Assembly (NCBI GenBank): GCA_013239625.1
Contig: MU054323.1
Span: 2,778,161-2,842,160, forward strand
From: Lama guanicoe
Taxonomy: Eukaryota
Reading direction: 5' to 3'
Length of the DNA stretch: 64,000 nt
Shown here piece by piece: positions 37,890 to 49,880 of the stretch. A program made the position numbers and the translations under genes. The notes beneath the pieces are model-generated. The model did no database searches. It saw only the letters and a list, made by a program, of their open reading frames with translations, and had not been told where the DNA came from. Numbering within the stretch: position 1 is the first letter of the stretch; each line of letters opens with the position of its first letter.

Positions 37890-38340
37890 GTGCGACGTGG
37901 TATAACAACAATAGCACTGGATAAAGAATTGGGGCTTTTCATCTTAGGCATCACAATTGAACTGCTCTATGGATGTAAACAAGTCACGTCACCACTTTGA
38001 ACTTCAACGTATTTGTGTTGTTTTATATATATATAAATTACATATATAGTTGGTTTACAATGTTGTGTCAATTTCTGATATACAGCATAATGTTTTAGTC
38101 AATACATATACACATACATGTATATATATACATATACACATATATACACACATATATGTATATATATACGTATATTCCTTTTCATATTCTTTTTCATTGT
38201 AAGTTACTACAAGATACTGAATAAAGTTCCCTGTGCTATCCAGTAGAAATTGTGTTACATTTTAATGTTAGAGTTGAAGCACTGGGGTTAGCTGATTTCA
38301 AAGGTCCTCTCCATCTATCTCTACCTTTCTATGATTATAG
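37890..38340 (+). mobile_element. Degraded MIR split by L1 tail copy D
   Basis: aacaagtcacgtcaccactttgaacttca on the left; gatttcaaaggtcctctccatct...ttctatgattat on the right. Confidence 0.45.
38020..38250 (-). mobile_element. Short L1 3'-tail insertion (copy D) with an internal TA/CA expansion
   Basis: atagttggtttacaatgttgtgtcaatttctg...aagttccctgtgctatccagtagaaa; possible short TSD ttgtgtt. Confidence 0.85.
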
Positions 38341-39037
38341 TAATTCAAATGTTTTAGAAGAATAACATTAAAAAACAGTCTGAGGCTAGAGGTTTTTTAA
38401 AAAATTGTTTGCAAAGGGAAGTATTCTAACTGATAATGGAGTATTCACTGATTTGTTCTACAATTAATTGTTTATATCTCAAATTGGATTAAATTCTTGA
38501 CAGCAAGGGCAGTATGTTTCTCCTTTTGGGATAATCAGCACCTGAATCAGGGAATGGCACAAAGTGGCTTTCAGTTAATGTTGACTTACTATGAAGACAT
38601 GCATGAATAGCCATTACCCATATCAAGCATCCAAAATTTATTTGCTGAACAGTTAAAGTGGTAGGGTGATTGTCTCTATTTGGGATATCTTGGCTTTGGT
38701 CTTGAAGTCTGAAGGTTATAGATGAGAAGTTCTAATATTTCCATTCCATATCATAAGGGTGGCAGAGGCAGGGAATTCTTCTAATGTATTTATAATTTAT
38801 TGATAAGATGTATTGATGTCTTCCATCATGACTGTGAATCTGCATGTGACTCCTTCAAATTTTGTTAATTTTTTGCTTTTTATTTTTTGAAGATATGTTA
38901 TTAGGAATAAGCAAATTTGAAATTGCTATCCTTTCTTAGCGACTCTATCATTTCATAATTTAAAAATGAATGTATCTTGATAATGCTTTTCTTGGCTTAG
39001 AGAAGATTATTAGTATTATATTATATGTAACTAACTT

Positions 39038-39069
39038 TATATATATATGTGTATATATATATACATATA

Positions 39070-39123
<54 letters not shown>

Positions 39124-39132
39124 TATATATAT
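39038..39132. repeat. Compound TA/GT/AC microsatellite containing a perfect 64-bp palindrome
   Basis: ATATAT(GT)8(AT)10(AC)8ATATAT at 39065-39128. Confidence 0.95.
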
Positions 39133-39168
39133 TACAGTCACATCAGCTTTCCTGTGATTAAGGTTGGA

Positions 39169-39350
39169 TCAGTGGGGTACTGGCTCTCTGAGAAGAGAAA
39201 AAGCTCTGATTTGTAGCAGTTGAAGATTTCCATGGTGTGACTATTCCTACCATGGACAATCTCAAACAACCAAAGTTTTAACAACTGATTTGCAAAATTT
39301 CTACATGTTTAACAATCTGCTCTTATGAGATGGCTCCAGTGCGTCACTAC
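39169..39350 (-). mobile_element. MER63-like hAT MITE
   Basis: ctgatttgtagc...gatttccatggtgtgactattcctaccatgg; ends cagtggggtactgg / ccagtgcgtcact. Confidence 0.7.
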
Positions 39351-39799
39351 TTTGCTTAATACATCTTTTTCATGCTTTTACTTTGAACTGTTTTCTCTCC
39401 TTATATTTAAGGTGTAACTCCCTTAAGCAGTGTATAATTGGATTTCTTATAGAATATAGTCTGATGCATCTTTTAGTTAGAATATATAGGCCATTTACAT
39501 TTAACATAATTGCTAAGATATTTGGGTTTGCATTTGCCATATTAACATTTGTTTTTCATCTGCCCCATAAGTTATGTTCTTTGTTTCTCCTTCCTTGCCT
39601 TTCTGTGGCTTAATCAAGTGTTTGCTATTGTTCCATCTCCTACACCCATTAGTTCATTAAGTGAACATTAATTTACTCTTGCTTCAGTGGTTATCTTGAA
39701 GACTACAATGTACATTCTTGTTTTGTTAGAAACTAATACGTATTTGCGCATTTACAATCTTCCTAACACTGAACGAGCCTTGGAAATTTCAAAACTTTG

Positions 39800-40358
39800 A
39801 AACTTGAAGGTTAATAGATCCTACAACTGGGGTCCCTAAGACCATCCTCAGTTAAAACTGATTCACCAGGAAGACTCACAGGACTCCACTTACTGTTATA
39901 CTCAGCTTTGATTGGTTAGAATGAAAGGATGCAAAACAAAATCAGCAAAGGGAAAAGGCACGTGTGGCAGAGTTTGGAAGGAACCAGGTGCAAATTTCCA
40001 AGAGTCCTTTCCTAGTGAAATCACACAGCAATGACTTGTGACAACATGTGTCCCATGCTTGTCTACCAGGGAAGCTCATTAGAGACTCAGCACCCATGAA
40101 ATTGATTGGGTCCTAGTCATATAGACGCTCTCCATCTCACACATACCAACATTCCAGACTTCCAGAAAGAAAGCAAGTGTTCAGTATGAACCGTGTTGTT
40201 CGCACAAAGAGTCCGGGCACAGTGAGCCACTCTTCTCAGTTCAGGGGATGCTGGGAACCTTCCTGAAATTCAAGTTTCCAGATGGGTAGTCAACCTTGCA
40301 AGCAGGCCTTTCTAACGAGAGCAGTCTCAGGGTTGCTGTGTTAGTTCTTCCCTGTGCA
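39800..40358. mobile_element. MER21-like ERV LTR
   Basis: ggggtccctaagaccatcctcag, aaaatcagcaaagggaaaaggc, ctaccagggaagctcattagagactcag, caaccttgcaagcaggcctttct. Confidence 0.75.
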
Positions 40359-40925
40359 AGCCTTCTTGTCTTGAATTATTGTTACCATACATATTTATTT
40401 TTATATGTTTTAAATCCCATAAGACACAACTGTTAGTTGTTTAGGGTCAATATTCATTTAGATTTACCCACACATTTAACCTCTCCACTGCTCTTTCTTT
40501 CCTCCTGCACTTCCCCTTTCTCATTTTCTGCCGGTCATTTCCTGCTGGGAATGAGATCTCTCAGCATTTGTCAGAAATGTCTTTATTTCTTCTTCATTTT
40601 TGAATGATATTTTTGCTGACTATAGAATTCTAAGTTGGCATCTATTTTCTCTCAGCACTTTAGAGACACTATTCTATTGTCATACAATTTTCTTCCTTTC
40701 TTTCGAGCAGTGAGCTGTGAGTCTTAAAGTTCCTCTTTCAAAAGCAGTGGATCTTTTCTCCTCTGGCTGCTTGTATGATGTTCTCCTTACTTTTGGTTTT
40801 AGGCAGTTTTATTGTGATATGCCTAGGTGTTGGATTTGTAGAACTTTTTGAATTAATTCTCTGCCATTTCTCTCCAAGTACTGTGTTGGCCCCATTGTCT
40901 CTCTGACATCATATTTACATTAGAC

Positions 40926-41031
40926 TAGTGGCTTTCAATAGGGAACAATTTATTAGCCCCAAGACAAATATACCCCACAACAAATAATTATTTGACTCAA
41001 AATATCAGTAGTGCAAGGTTTAGAAACCTTG
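40926..41031 (+). mobile_element. Internally deleted MER20-like hAT MITE
   Basis: ccccacaacaaataattatttgactcaaaatatcagtagtgc; 8-bp TSD cattagac / tattagac. Confidence 0.7.
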
Positions 41032-44000
41032 TATTAGACTTTATACCACATCTGTATTAGACTTTTTATCATATCTTTTCTCCTATATTATTTTCTATAA
41101 TTCTTATCATTTTTTGTCTTCATACTTCACTCAATATTTTTTTACTAACCTATCTTCAAGCTTACTGAGCTCCTCTTCAGCTTTGTCTAGTCTGCTGCTA
41201 AACTCATCTATTCATTTTTTAATATCAGATATTAGAATTTTCAGTTCTAGTTTTTCCATTTGATTACTTCATATGGATTCTAGTTCTACGATAAAATTCT
41301 CTATATTGCCATCAAGTGTTCTGAACATTTTAATCACGATTGTTTTTAAACCATACCTAATAATTCTAATATCTGGGTTACCTATTTGCTCCTCTTGTGC
41401 ATTTATTGATTCTGTTTCACAGCATGGCTGATCATTTTTAACTGACTGTTAGATATGGTGTATTAAAAATGCTCATACTTTGGGTGATGTCATCTTCTTT
41501 CAGGAGGGGAGTCAACCTCACTTTTGGAAGGTAGGAAGAGAAAGATGGCCTCAATGCAATCAGAGATTGAATTGAGCTGAGAGCAGACTGCATCATTGGA
41601 AGGTGTGGTCTCCCTCTGGTTGGTCTCCACCTGTAGAGTATCATCCTCCAGCAGGCCCAGCTGAGAGCCTGGGGTGTCTGCAATGGTCCCTCCTCTCTTC
41701 CAACTCCTAAACTCTAGGGGTTTTTTTTTTCTTATTTTTTATTTCTTGGCATCACAAAATGCTCTGCTTTTCAGCTGCCTTCTGTTTAGCCTCTCAGTCT
41801 CTTGGCCTACACAGCTTAATTGTCAAATGCCCAGAGGAAAATCTGGTGCCAAAGGTCAGGCTCACTTCCCTGCACCTTCCCTCTCTTCTTGGCACTCAAG
41901 AGGATCTTGGCCTGCAAGCTTCAGCTGCCTTGAAGGTCCAGAGTTCCAACTTCCGCTCTCTTAATATTTCCTAACACTCCACCACTTCCCTGCCCATGAG
42001 AAGTGGTCCTCTGACTGGCTCCTCAACCTCTTATCCTTCCACCAAAGACTGCCAAGTGCCCTGAGTAGGAAATCAGTGTGTTCACCTCACTGAACTTCCT
42101 TTCTCTCCAGGATCTGTCCCCTCAAGTCCTTGTTGTGTCAGTAGCTCCCTCAGGCCCTTGGAGACTTTTCTTAAAAAAATCAAGCTTCTACTTATTCTTG
42201 GCAGGAGGTTAAGTCTGCCACCAGCTACTGCATCAAAGCTAGAAGCAGGAGTCTATACTTAGCAATTAGGTTAGACATAAGGAAAATAGTTACGTATTTT
42301 TCTATGAGTATTATTGGATGCTCTACTGGGTCATCAAAAGCAGGAGTAGGCTCCTGCCCCCTTTAAAAGCCAGAAGAAATTTCCAGGGAACTTCAGTAAT
42401 TAAAGAGGCAGGCATGAGAGGGAGGGGGTGCATGAGGAGCAGCAGCTATACAAAATGATTTTTCAGGATTTCCTGTGACTCTGTCAATCTTTAATCCCTG
42501 CCAATGCTCAAACTCTCAGAACTTGAACAAAGCCATGAATTTTCTTCTCATGGTTCTCACTTGGGCTTGGGCATAACTCAGAGGTGGAAGACTGCAATTT
42601 AAAGCAGAAAAACTAAAATACAAGAGCTATATGTTTATGCTATGTTTCCAGTTGATTACAGTCAGGAAATACAGTATGTTTGTACTTTTCTTTTCAACGC
42701 CATGAGTGAAGCTCTTCTCACTGAATCTAGGAAACAAATTTTTAGGACTAGGAAGAAGATCTGAAAGAGATTTCATATAGCCTAGGAATTTCAAACTGTA
42801 GTGTTCCAGCCACATTACACTCATGTCACCTCAAGACTTTGCCAATCTATCATAAGATGAAAAATGGAATCCTCTGTATCATTCCATGCAGTCACTGAAA
42901 GAGCTGTAAGCTTACTTCCTGTTTAATATTAAGTGTGCATAGTAGGCAGAGGTGAACGTAGCTGGTGTGAAGTCTCAGTTTAAGGGCCAGGGAGATTACT
43001 AACATAATTCTGCAGGGCTGTGTGAGGTAGACAGGCGAGGCCATTTCCTCGAGATGGATTCATCAAGCAGTGGAAGCCGTCCCAGCAGAAGGCCCACACG
43101 TTCATCCTGTAGCACCCTGCTTCCTGCCTGTGGCAGCTTACTGCTGTTGGGCCTGAGGGATGGGGTGGGGGACGACACAACAGGCATGTCTGGGAGCTGG
43201 TTCCAGTGTGCGGCAAGACTATTTTCTCTCCATCACCCACCTCTTTGATGCATCTTTTTTCATGAGGCCTGAGCTTGTGGATCTTTATGAGGATACTTTG
43301 CAGGAAAGCATGACGTGGCCCCAAGAACACTGAACTGCAGGGTCAGATACCCTTAATTTATTATTGGACCTTGAGTCAGTCATTCAAAGCCTGTTTGTGC
43401 CTGAGTGTTCTCTGTATGAAATGAGGGAATATGAACAGATGATCCCAACAATTGCAGAAGCTGGAACAGACAGTGGGTTGAGGACTCCCTTTAGACAGCT
43501 AAAGACGCAGGGCAGCAGGAAAGGTGCCTGATGGCTTGCGTGGAGGGTCTGCACTACGATGAGGATCTTCTCAATGGACCTGAGTTTCTGGCTTTTTCTC
43601 ACGCTTCTGTCATTCCACATTTTGCTATGAAGATATAGGCAGATTCATATATGTCTTGTACATTTCTTTTTTTCTCATTTTACCACATATTTCTCAACAA
43701 AATATGTCAGAATCTTTTCATAACTGAAAATATAACTTGTTGTCTGTTCAGTATATGTTAAAATTCTTATAACGGTCATTTTAAAATTATCTTTGTGTAA
43801 CCCACATAAAGCTGAGTCATCTAGTGTTCCAGCTCAACGTACAATTAAATTTGGAAGAGATTTAAGACTGGCATTCAAGAGAAACTGCAAAAAACTTTAT
43901 TTCTTGAAGTCTGAGAAAATGGCAAAGAGGGTGAATGCACAGTGTACTGGGGAAAAAGCCTTCAAAATTTACTTTAAATAATTCTCTTTCCAAATTTCAC

Positions 44001-44569
44001 TCATCATTGCACAGCAGTCTTCACAAAATCCCTTTTCTCACTATCTCAGAACTGCCCCAAATGTTCCAAAAACTCTCAACTCTCAATGGCTCTCACCTTC
44101 CTTCCATATTTCTAGATCTCTGCCTTTCCTCTGGCTTTTCTATAAGATAAGTCAATTCAGTTCTGAGGCTTATTTCAGTCCTCTTTTCACCAGATCAGCA
44201 CCACAAACCCCAGGGCTCAGGGGACACCATAGAAGTCTCCTTTAGAAGTCTGCATTTGTTGGCAGTAGGTGGAGAGGGGATTGGAGGCATTAAGGGGTGC
44301 AGACACTTACATATCTGTAACTGTGAAAGTTCAATTAAAAAAAAAGCGGTACAACCACATATTCCATCAATTTACCTTTGATTCTCCAAGCCTGAAAAGA
44401 AACTTACATGCATGCAGTTTCCTTACTAGCAAATAACAGAGAGAGGTTACCTAAATGTGCAATGTTCTGGTCAGATTCCAATATCCAGATATGTGTGAAC
44501 CATATTTATGTTGACACATTTGATAGAGTTATACTTACATGTGAGTCTGTCAGCTGCAAGAAATTCTTT

Positions 44570-44800
44570 CTAATAACAATAACCAATATGTAGTTAGCAA
44601 TTTACCATATCTGAAGCATTTTCATGCAAAAGTACCCCATCTGATCCTGACAGCTACCTGTGAGATGAGTGTGGGTTTAACCATTACTGCTATTTTATAC
44701 ATGAGGGAACGGAGGCTCAGGAAGGTGAAGGGACTTGCCCAGGTACTTACAGGGCTAGGGTGGTAACTGACTCTTGGTATTGTGATTTCAAATTCCAGAA
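44570..44800 (-). mobile_element. MIR SINE
   Basis: attttatacatgagggaacggaggctcaggaaggtgaagggacttgcccagg. Confidence 0.85.
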
Positions 44801-44844
44801 ATCAACCACCTCATTGAACTCCTCCTAACTTTATTTTTTGTTTT

Positions 44845-44874
44845 CATGTGTGTGCGCGCGCACACACACACACA
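44845..44874. repeat. Alternating purine-pyrimidine tract (TG)4(CG)3(CA)7
   Basis: Read directly; 22-bp perfect palindrome at 44847-44868. Confidence 0.9.
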
Positions 44875-45179
44875 GAAGCTAACTGAAACATAGCCAAGTA
44901 TTACATATGTGCAGAATGTTCTATATATATATACAATCATGTATTAAATCAACAAAATCCACATAGCCGCTCAGTTTCTGTTTCCAGAAGAAGCCCTGAC
45001 CTTGTAACAGAATAAACACTACTGCTGGGCCAGAGCTGCGGAGCCAGCTTCGTGCTTCCTCCTGCACTGATGGGCTTTGTTTTTGAAAGCACTTGCCATT
45101 TACATTACTATTATTTTCATTTTCTTGATCATCCAAACCTCAAAGGAAAGAGGCTAATGATATTCCCCCAGCCCCTCCC

Positions 45180-45830
45180 TCCCTACAGTCGTGCTGGGAA
45201 TGGGAGCCGCTCAGATTGATTGAACGGCCTCTGCAAACCCTTCAGGAACATTGATGGAGTTGCTACTAGAGGCAGCTGGAGCTGCCATTTGCATCTCACC
45301 CTGTCTTACTTTTTTTCCCTCAAAAAAAAAAAATTAAAAAAGCACCCACAATGCCCTGGGGGAATTTTCCGGGACAAGCTGCAGGTGCTATGGATATTTT
45401 CATTTAATAATCATTCCTGCAATTCAGCACATTTGTAATCCATGTGGTAAACTCTGACTTACATTTCTCCCAGTGGACGCTGGCCAGATGCAGAAACCAA
45501 AGAGCTTGGTGCCGGTACTGCCTCTTCCTTCTTTTATAGTCCGTGCATTTGGATGTGTTTAGCGTGGTCTGCGAGTGCAGGGTAAGGAATGTGCTGTGTT
45601 TAAAAGACCCTTTTGTTGACATTAAGCAATCATAAATATACTCAGGAATTATGCTCCTTGCATTTATTGTGGAGTGCTTTAATTGGATGGCCTCCTCATG
45701 TGATATCATAAAGAACATATGCATATTTTTGGCAGTCCCATTGGACCGCGGAGTCGAGAGGCACATCCGAAGCAGCGCATTCCTAACATCCATGGGTTGT
45801 CTCATGTGTGTCACCACATCTTCCCACCAG
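45180..45830. promoter_or_regulatory. Candidate conserved enhancer
   Basis: Repeat-free and CpG-retaining; TGATTGAA 45217-45224, octamer ATTTGCAT 45287-45294, kB-like GGGAATTTTCC 45360-45370, several ATAAA/TAAT motifs. Confidence 0.5.
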
Positions 45831-46282
45831 GGCTGTTCTCCCCACACACTCCAAGATGGTAACTTCCCAATCTGTCCAGATTCTACTTGGAATTCTCCTG
45901 GACTGTGTAAGTGTCAAGGCCCGTTTCCTCTCCACATGAAGAGCTTTGAAAGGAGAACTGCACGCCTAACTCCCTCATAAATTCAAGCCAGAGCGTCTCC
46001 TTTTTTTTTTTTTCTTTTTTTTCCTTTTTTTAAGGTGTGTGTGTTGGAGGGGAGGGAGGGGAGGAGTTCTTGGCCTAAAGTAAAATAAAGAAATCCCTTT
46101 TCAAGAATGACGCTCTCCTTATTTTCACCACATAAACAAAATGTTTAAGCCTGCACAGAGCCAGGCCGGAAGGTGGATGCTTCTGGTTAAGACATTCTGC
46201 TGCTGCTCTGAGATGCAGCCTCTAAAGAAGCAAACTCCATCAGGGGGCAAACACCACCACCTGCAGGCCTGGGAGAGGGCAC

Positions 46283-46682
46283 CAGACAGGGCCCTGGAAG
46301 AAAACAAATGGCACACTTGAAGGAGTAGCTCAGAAGATTTTAACCAAGGGACTATGTTCAAAGGTGTACGCAGAGTTAAGGAAACCAGCCAAGAATGGGG
46401 CCGTCAGGGACTAAATGCAGTAGGAAGCCATTACGACTTCAGACAAGAAGGGGCCCAGTCATAGCTGAAGGAGAAGGACTCCAGCAGATTAAGAACTCAA
46501 ACTTCTATTTCCTCTCTGCCCCCAATCCCGTAATTATGTCTCCTACTGGCAAAAACCAACCGGCAGCCAGAGGTCAAGGAAGGCAGCTTGACTGATGCAA
46601 TCTGGAGGTCAACTTCTGGGAAGTGAAGTGGGTGGAGAAGGGAGAAGGGTCTTGAGAGGCAAACAGAGACTAGCCAGAAACA
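46283..46682 (-). mobile_element. Ancient ERVL-type LTR (subfamily uncertain)
   Basis: aaacaaatggcacact...aagggactatgttcaaaggtgt; ctcctactggcaaaaaccaaccggcagccagagg. Confidence 0.6.
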
Positions 46683-47394
46683 AGAATGAGGCCCACCCAA
46701 GGTCCTGAGGACTCCTGAGCTTTTACATACAATCAATCCTTAGAGCTCTATAACGCAGCTACAATTCCATCACACAGAGAGAGGGACAGTAAAGGTAGGA
46801 ACAGGAGAGGAACCTCACAGTTGCATGGTTAGACCACCGAGCTCTCCAACGACAGAAGTGCCAGGCTTCCTGATTGGAAGGTGATGGGGAGGGCTTAAAT
46901 AATCATGGTCCTAGACAGGAGCTTAGCCATTCTGTCATTGGAAAGTTCCATTTGGGTCTGGAAAATTTTAAATCTCATTGTGAAACAGTATCCAAATCAG
47001 AGTGTCCCTGGGTCTCATACAGACAGGAATGAGAGCTGAGATACTGAGAGAGATCAGATCACCTCAAAAAAAAAAAAAAAAGAATCTGTATCTATTCAGT
47101 CCCTGAGTTTAGATAGCAAGAGTTCAGATAATGAGAATTTGGAACGCAAGGGCCATCACACAACATGAAGCAAAGAAAATATCATTCAGGAAAAAAAGTA
47201 GCACCTCTGGAAACATTCTCATAGACAATAATCACAAGTTTAGATAGTCGTGAAAATCTCTGGGACAGTAATCACCCCAAATACATGCCTTCATTACCAT
47301 GTCCTGGGAAACTACATGTGGATTAGTCATAGACTTTGATGATGGCTTAGGGAAATTTACTTAGTTCTTGAGGAGTAGAGAAAAAATCTCGCAA

Positions 47395-47900
47395 AATTTA
47401 ACATCACAGCAGAAAATCACATGTCTGCAAAAAGACTTAGATCAGACTATTCACAGTAGCCTTATTCCTGATAGCTAGAAATAGAGAACAACCCAAAAGT
47501 TCATCAATAGAACAGAGAAACAAGTAATGTTATATTCACGGAATAGAATCCTACTCAGCAATAAAAATGAATGAATGACTAATATACGCAAGACAGGTGT
47601 GAATTTCAAAGGCATGTTAAGCAACAGGGTTCAGACACAAAAGACCACACAGTGATTCCATTTATATGAAGTTCAATATTAGACGAAATTAATCTATGGT
47701 GATAGAAATCAGGAAGTGGTTTACAACTGCAGGAGGGGGGCCGGTAATTAATTGGAAAGGGACACAGGGGACTTTTCAGATGATGGACCTGCTTTAAATT
47801 TTGTTTAAGGTGGTCGTTACATTAGTATATACAATTGTCCAAATTCATCAAACTGAATACTTCAGATGTGTGCATCTGACTGTCCATTATACCAAACAAA
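47395..47900 (+). mobile_element. Old L1 3' end (ORF2 tail and UTR)
   Basis: gaatcctactcagcaataaaaatgaatgaa; tgattccatttatatgaagttc; ctatggtgatagaaatcag. Confidence 0.8.
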
Positions 47901-48408
47901 CAACAACAGTAAATGCAAGGGAATGTGCCTCCTAGGGGGAGTACCATAATTTCTTTCTGGGGTAAATATAATGATAGGCTGTTTCAGATTAAAAAGAAAA
48001 AAAAAAGGGCATGAAGTCCCTAAAGCAGACAGGGAGTTAAAGGGCTAAACCGGAGGGTAGATGAGAAAAGAGGAGAGAAGCTGAAGAGAACACTGAAGTA
48101 ATGGGTGAGGGATTTCATACGGAAACATCAGCTAGAAGGAAATTCTTTGCACTCAAGGGCAAAAGACTTTTACATACTGCAATAGTAACTACTTCTGTTG
48201 CTACAAATCCCAATGAAATTGGATACACACAAAAATAAAATGCAAGAAACATTTTAAAATAGGGGAGAAAAGAGGCCATGGTCAGCTGGGGATACAGAAA
48301 GGAGAAGCGTGGAGCACAAGATGCAAATGGGGAGCAGAAGAGCGGGGTGGGCAGTAAGCACAGGGATGGAAGTGCTGCTTGAGTTACAGAAGCTTAGAAG
48401 TTCTTGCT

Positions 48409-48728
48409 CCATGTGTTCCCCCATATTTGGAGTATGAGTGAATGTATTACATACTTAAAGGGCAGCGGAATTTCAGCGGACTTCAGTATATATATTTTTA
48501 AAGTTTGGTCATTATTCTTAAATGATGTTATTGTTATGCTTATAGCTCTCATGTCATTCACTCTAGGACACTTTTTTTTTTGACCTTTGAACTACTCTGA
48601 AATTTAAAGCACCTTACAGTTGATAATGTATTATAGTTTATTTGTGAGCATTTATTCTCTTTTATTGGTATGTAAAATAATATTGTGTGTTCTAATTGAC
48701 AGTGTCCTAGATTTGATTGAATATGGTA
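48409..48728. mobile_element. Possible TcMar-Tc2 (Kanga/MER104-like) DNA transposon remnant
   Basis: Right end gtgtcctagatttgattgaatatggta resembles the Tc2-type TIR plus TA. Confidence 0.3.
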
Positions 48729-49477
48729 CTACTGGTGCAGGTTAATTTACTAGGGCTTTGCTCCTCTTTGCACTGAAAGCCTGGTGAGTCCAACCAATGG
48801 GGTAGTGTCTGCAGTGGGGCTCACCCCAGTTTCCTCTCGCCCACACAGGCAGACCTGGAGCTCTGGCCCAGCCTGGGGTTCAGTGCGTCAGAGTTGGCTG
48901 TGGCAGCAGCTGGACTCAGCTCAAGGCTATGGTGCCAGGGGAAGGTGGGCTTGGGGATCAAAGGGACATCCTGAAACACAAGATAAAGTGGAGGTGGAAA
49001 CAGGCAGTGGCTGACTAGGGCAGAGTGATAAAAGCTAATCGCATGGTGAAGGGATTGCTGCTAAGGTCGAGTGGGGGAGGGGGTAAAGAGCAAGAACACT
49101 GATTGACGGGGCCCCCAGAAGGCACGCAGAGGGGGAGGGGCCACAGTCTGCAAGGATCTGGGGGAGCACTCCTTATTAACAATCTCCATTTCATCTCAAC
49201 TTTGATACAGGTGTTCAAATGGAAAGAGACTCTGAAAACGTCTCCTATTGGTCATTTCAATCTCTAGTGCATCACCATTAACCCCTCTGATAAACGGGAG
49301 ATAGCCTCTGAAAACCCCTGTGCCTCCTGGTTTCCGCTTTTGGGTCTGGGATGGTGTCGGTGATGGGGGTGGCAGATCCATTCACACCACAAGTACCACC
49401 AGTTCAGTTAGGTCTTGTGCTGCAGATGGTGGCATGGCAGCTCCCTGAGCCCTCAGATTTCCACTTGGCATGGCGCA

Positions 49478-49880
49478 TGGGATCAGTCTTCTGGGGCTGC
49501 CATAACAAAGTACCTCACACTGGGAGGCTCACACAACAAAAATTTATTTATCAGAGTTTTGGAGGCTTGGAAGTCCAAGACCATGGGGTCTGGAGGTTTG
49601 ATTTCTCCTGAGGTCTCTCTGCTTGGCTTGCAGACGGCCGCCTTCTCCCTCTGTCCTCTCTCTGCGCTCTTCCCTGGTGTGTGTCTCTGGGTGCTGCATT
49701 TCTTCTTCTTATGCATTCTTCTTCAGTCATACTGGATTAGGACTCACCTTAAAAGACTCATTCTCATTTAATCGACACCTCTTTAAAGGCCCAATCTCCA
49801 AACAACAGTCATATTCTGAAGTTCTGGGGGCTAGGGCTTCAGCATCTGAATTTTGGTGGGACACAATTTAGCCCCTAACA
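49478..49880 (-). mobile_element. MaLR solo LTR (MLT1A-like)
   Basis: gggctgccataacaaagtacc, ttggcttgcagacggccgccttctc, gggacacaatttagcccctaaca. Confidence 0.9.

Larger units (their letters stand above)
38790..42253 (-). mobile_element. Old L1 (L1ME-type; 5' UTR, ORF1, start of ORF2) carrying nested insertions
   Basis: T-rich antisense L1 motifs (gatatttttgctgactatagaattctaagttggc, tctagtctgctgctaaactcatct); 5'-end-like sequence near 42250. Confidence 0.75.

Noticed and set aside
45404..45980. Opposing 147-aa and 109-aa ORFs
   Set aside because: No protein similarity that I recognise; better explained as non-coding sequence
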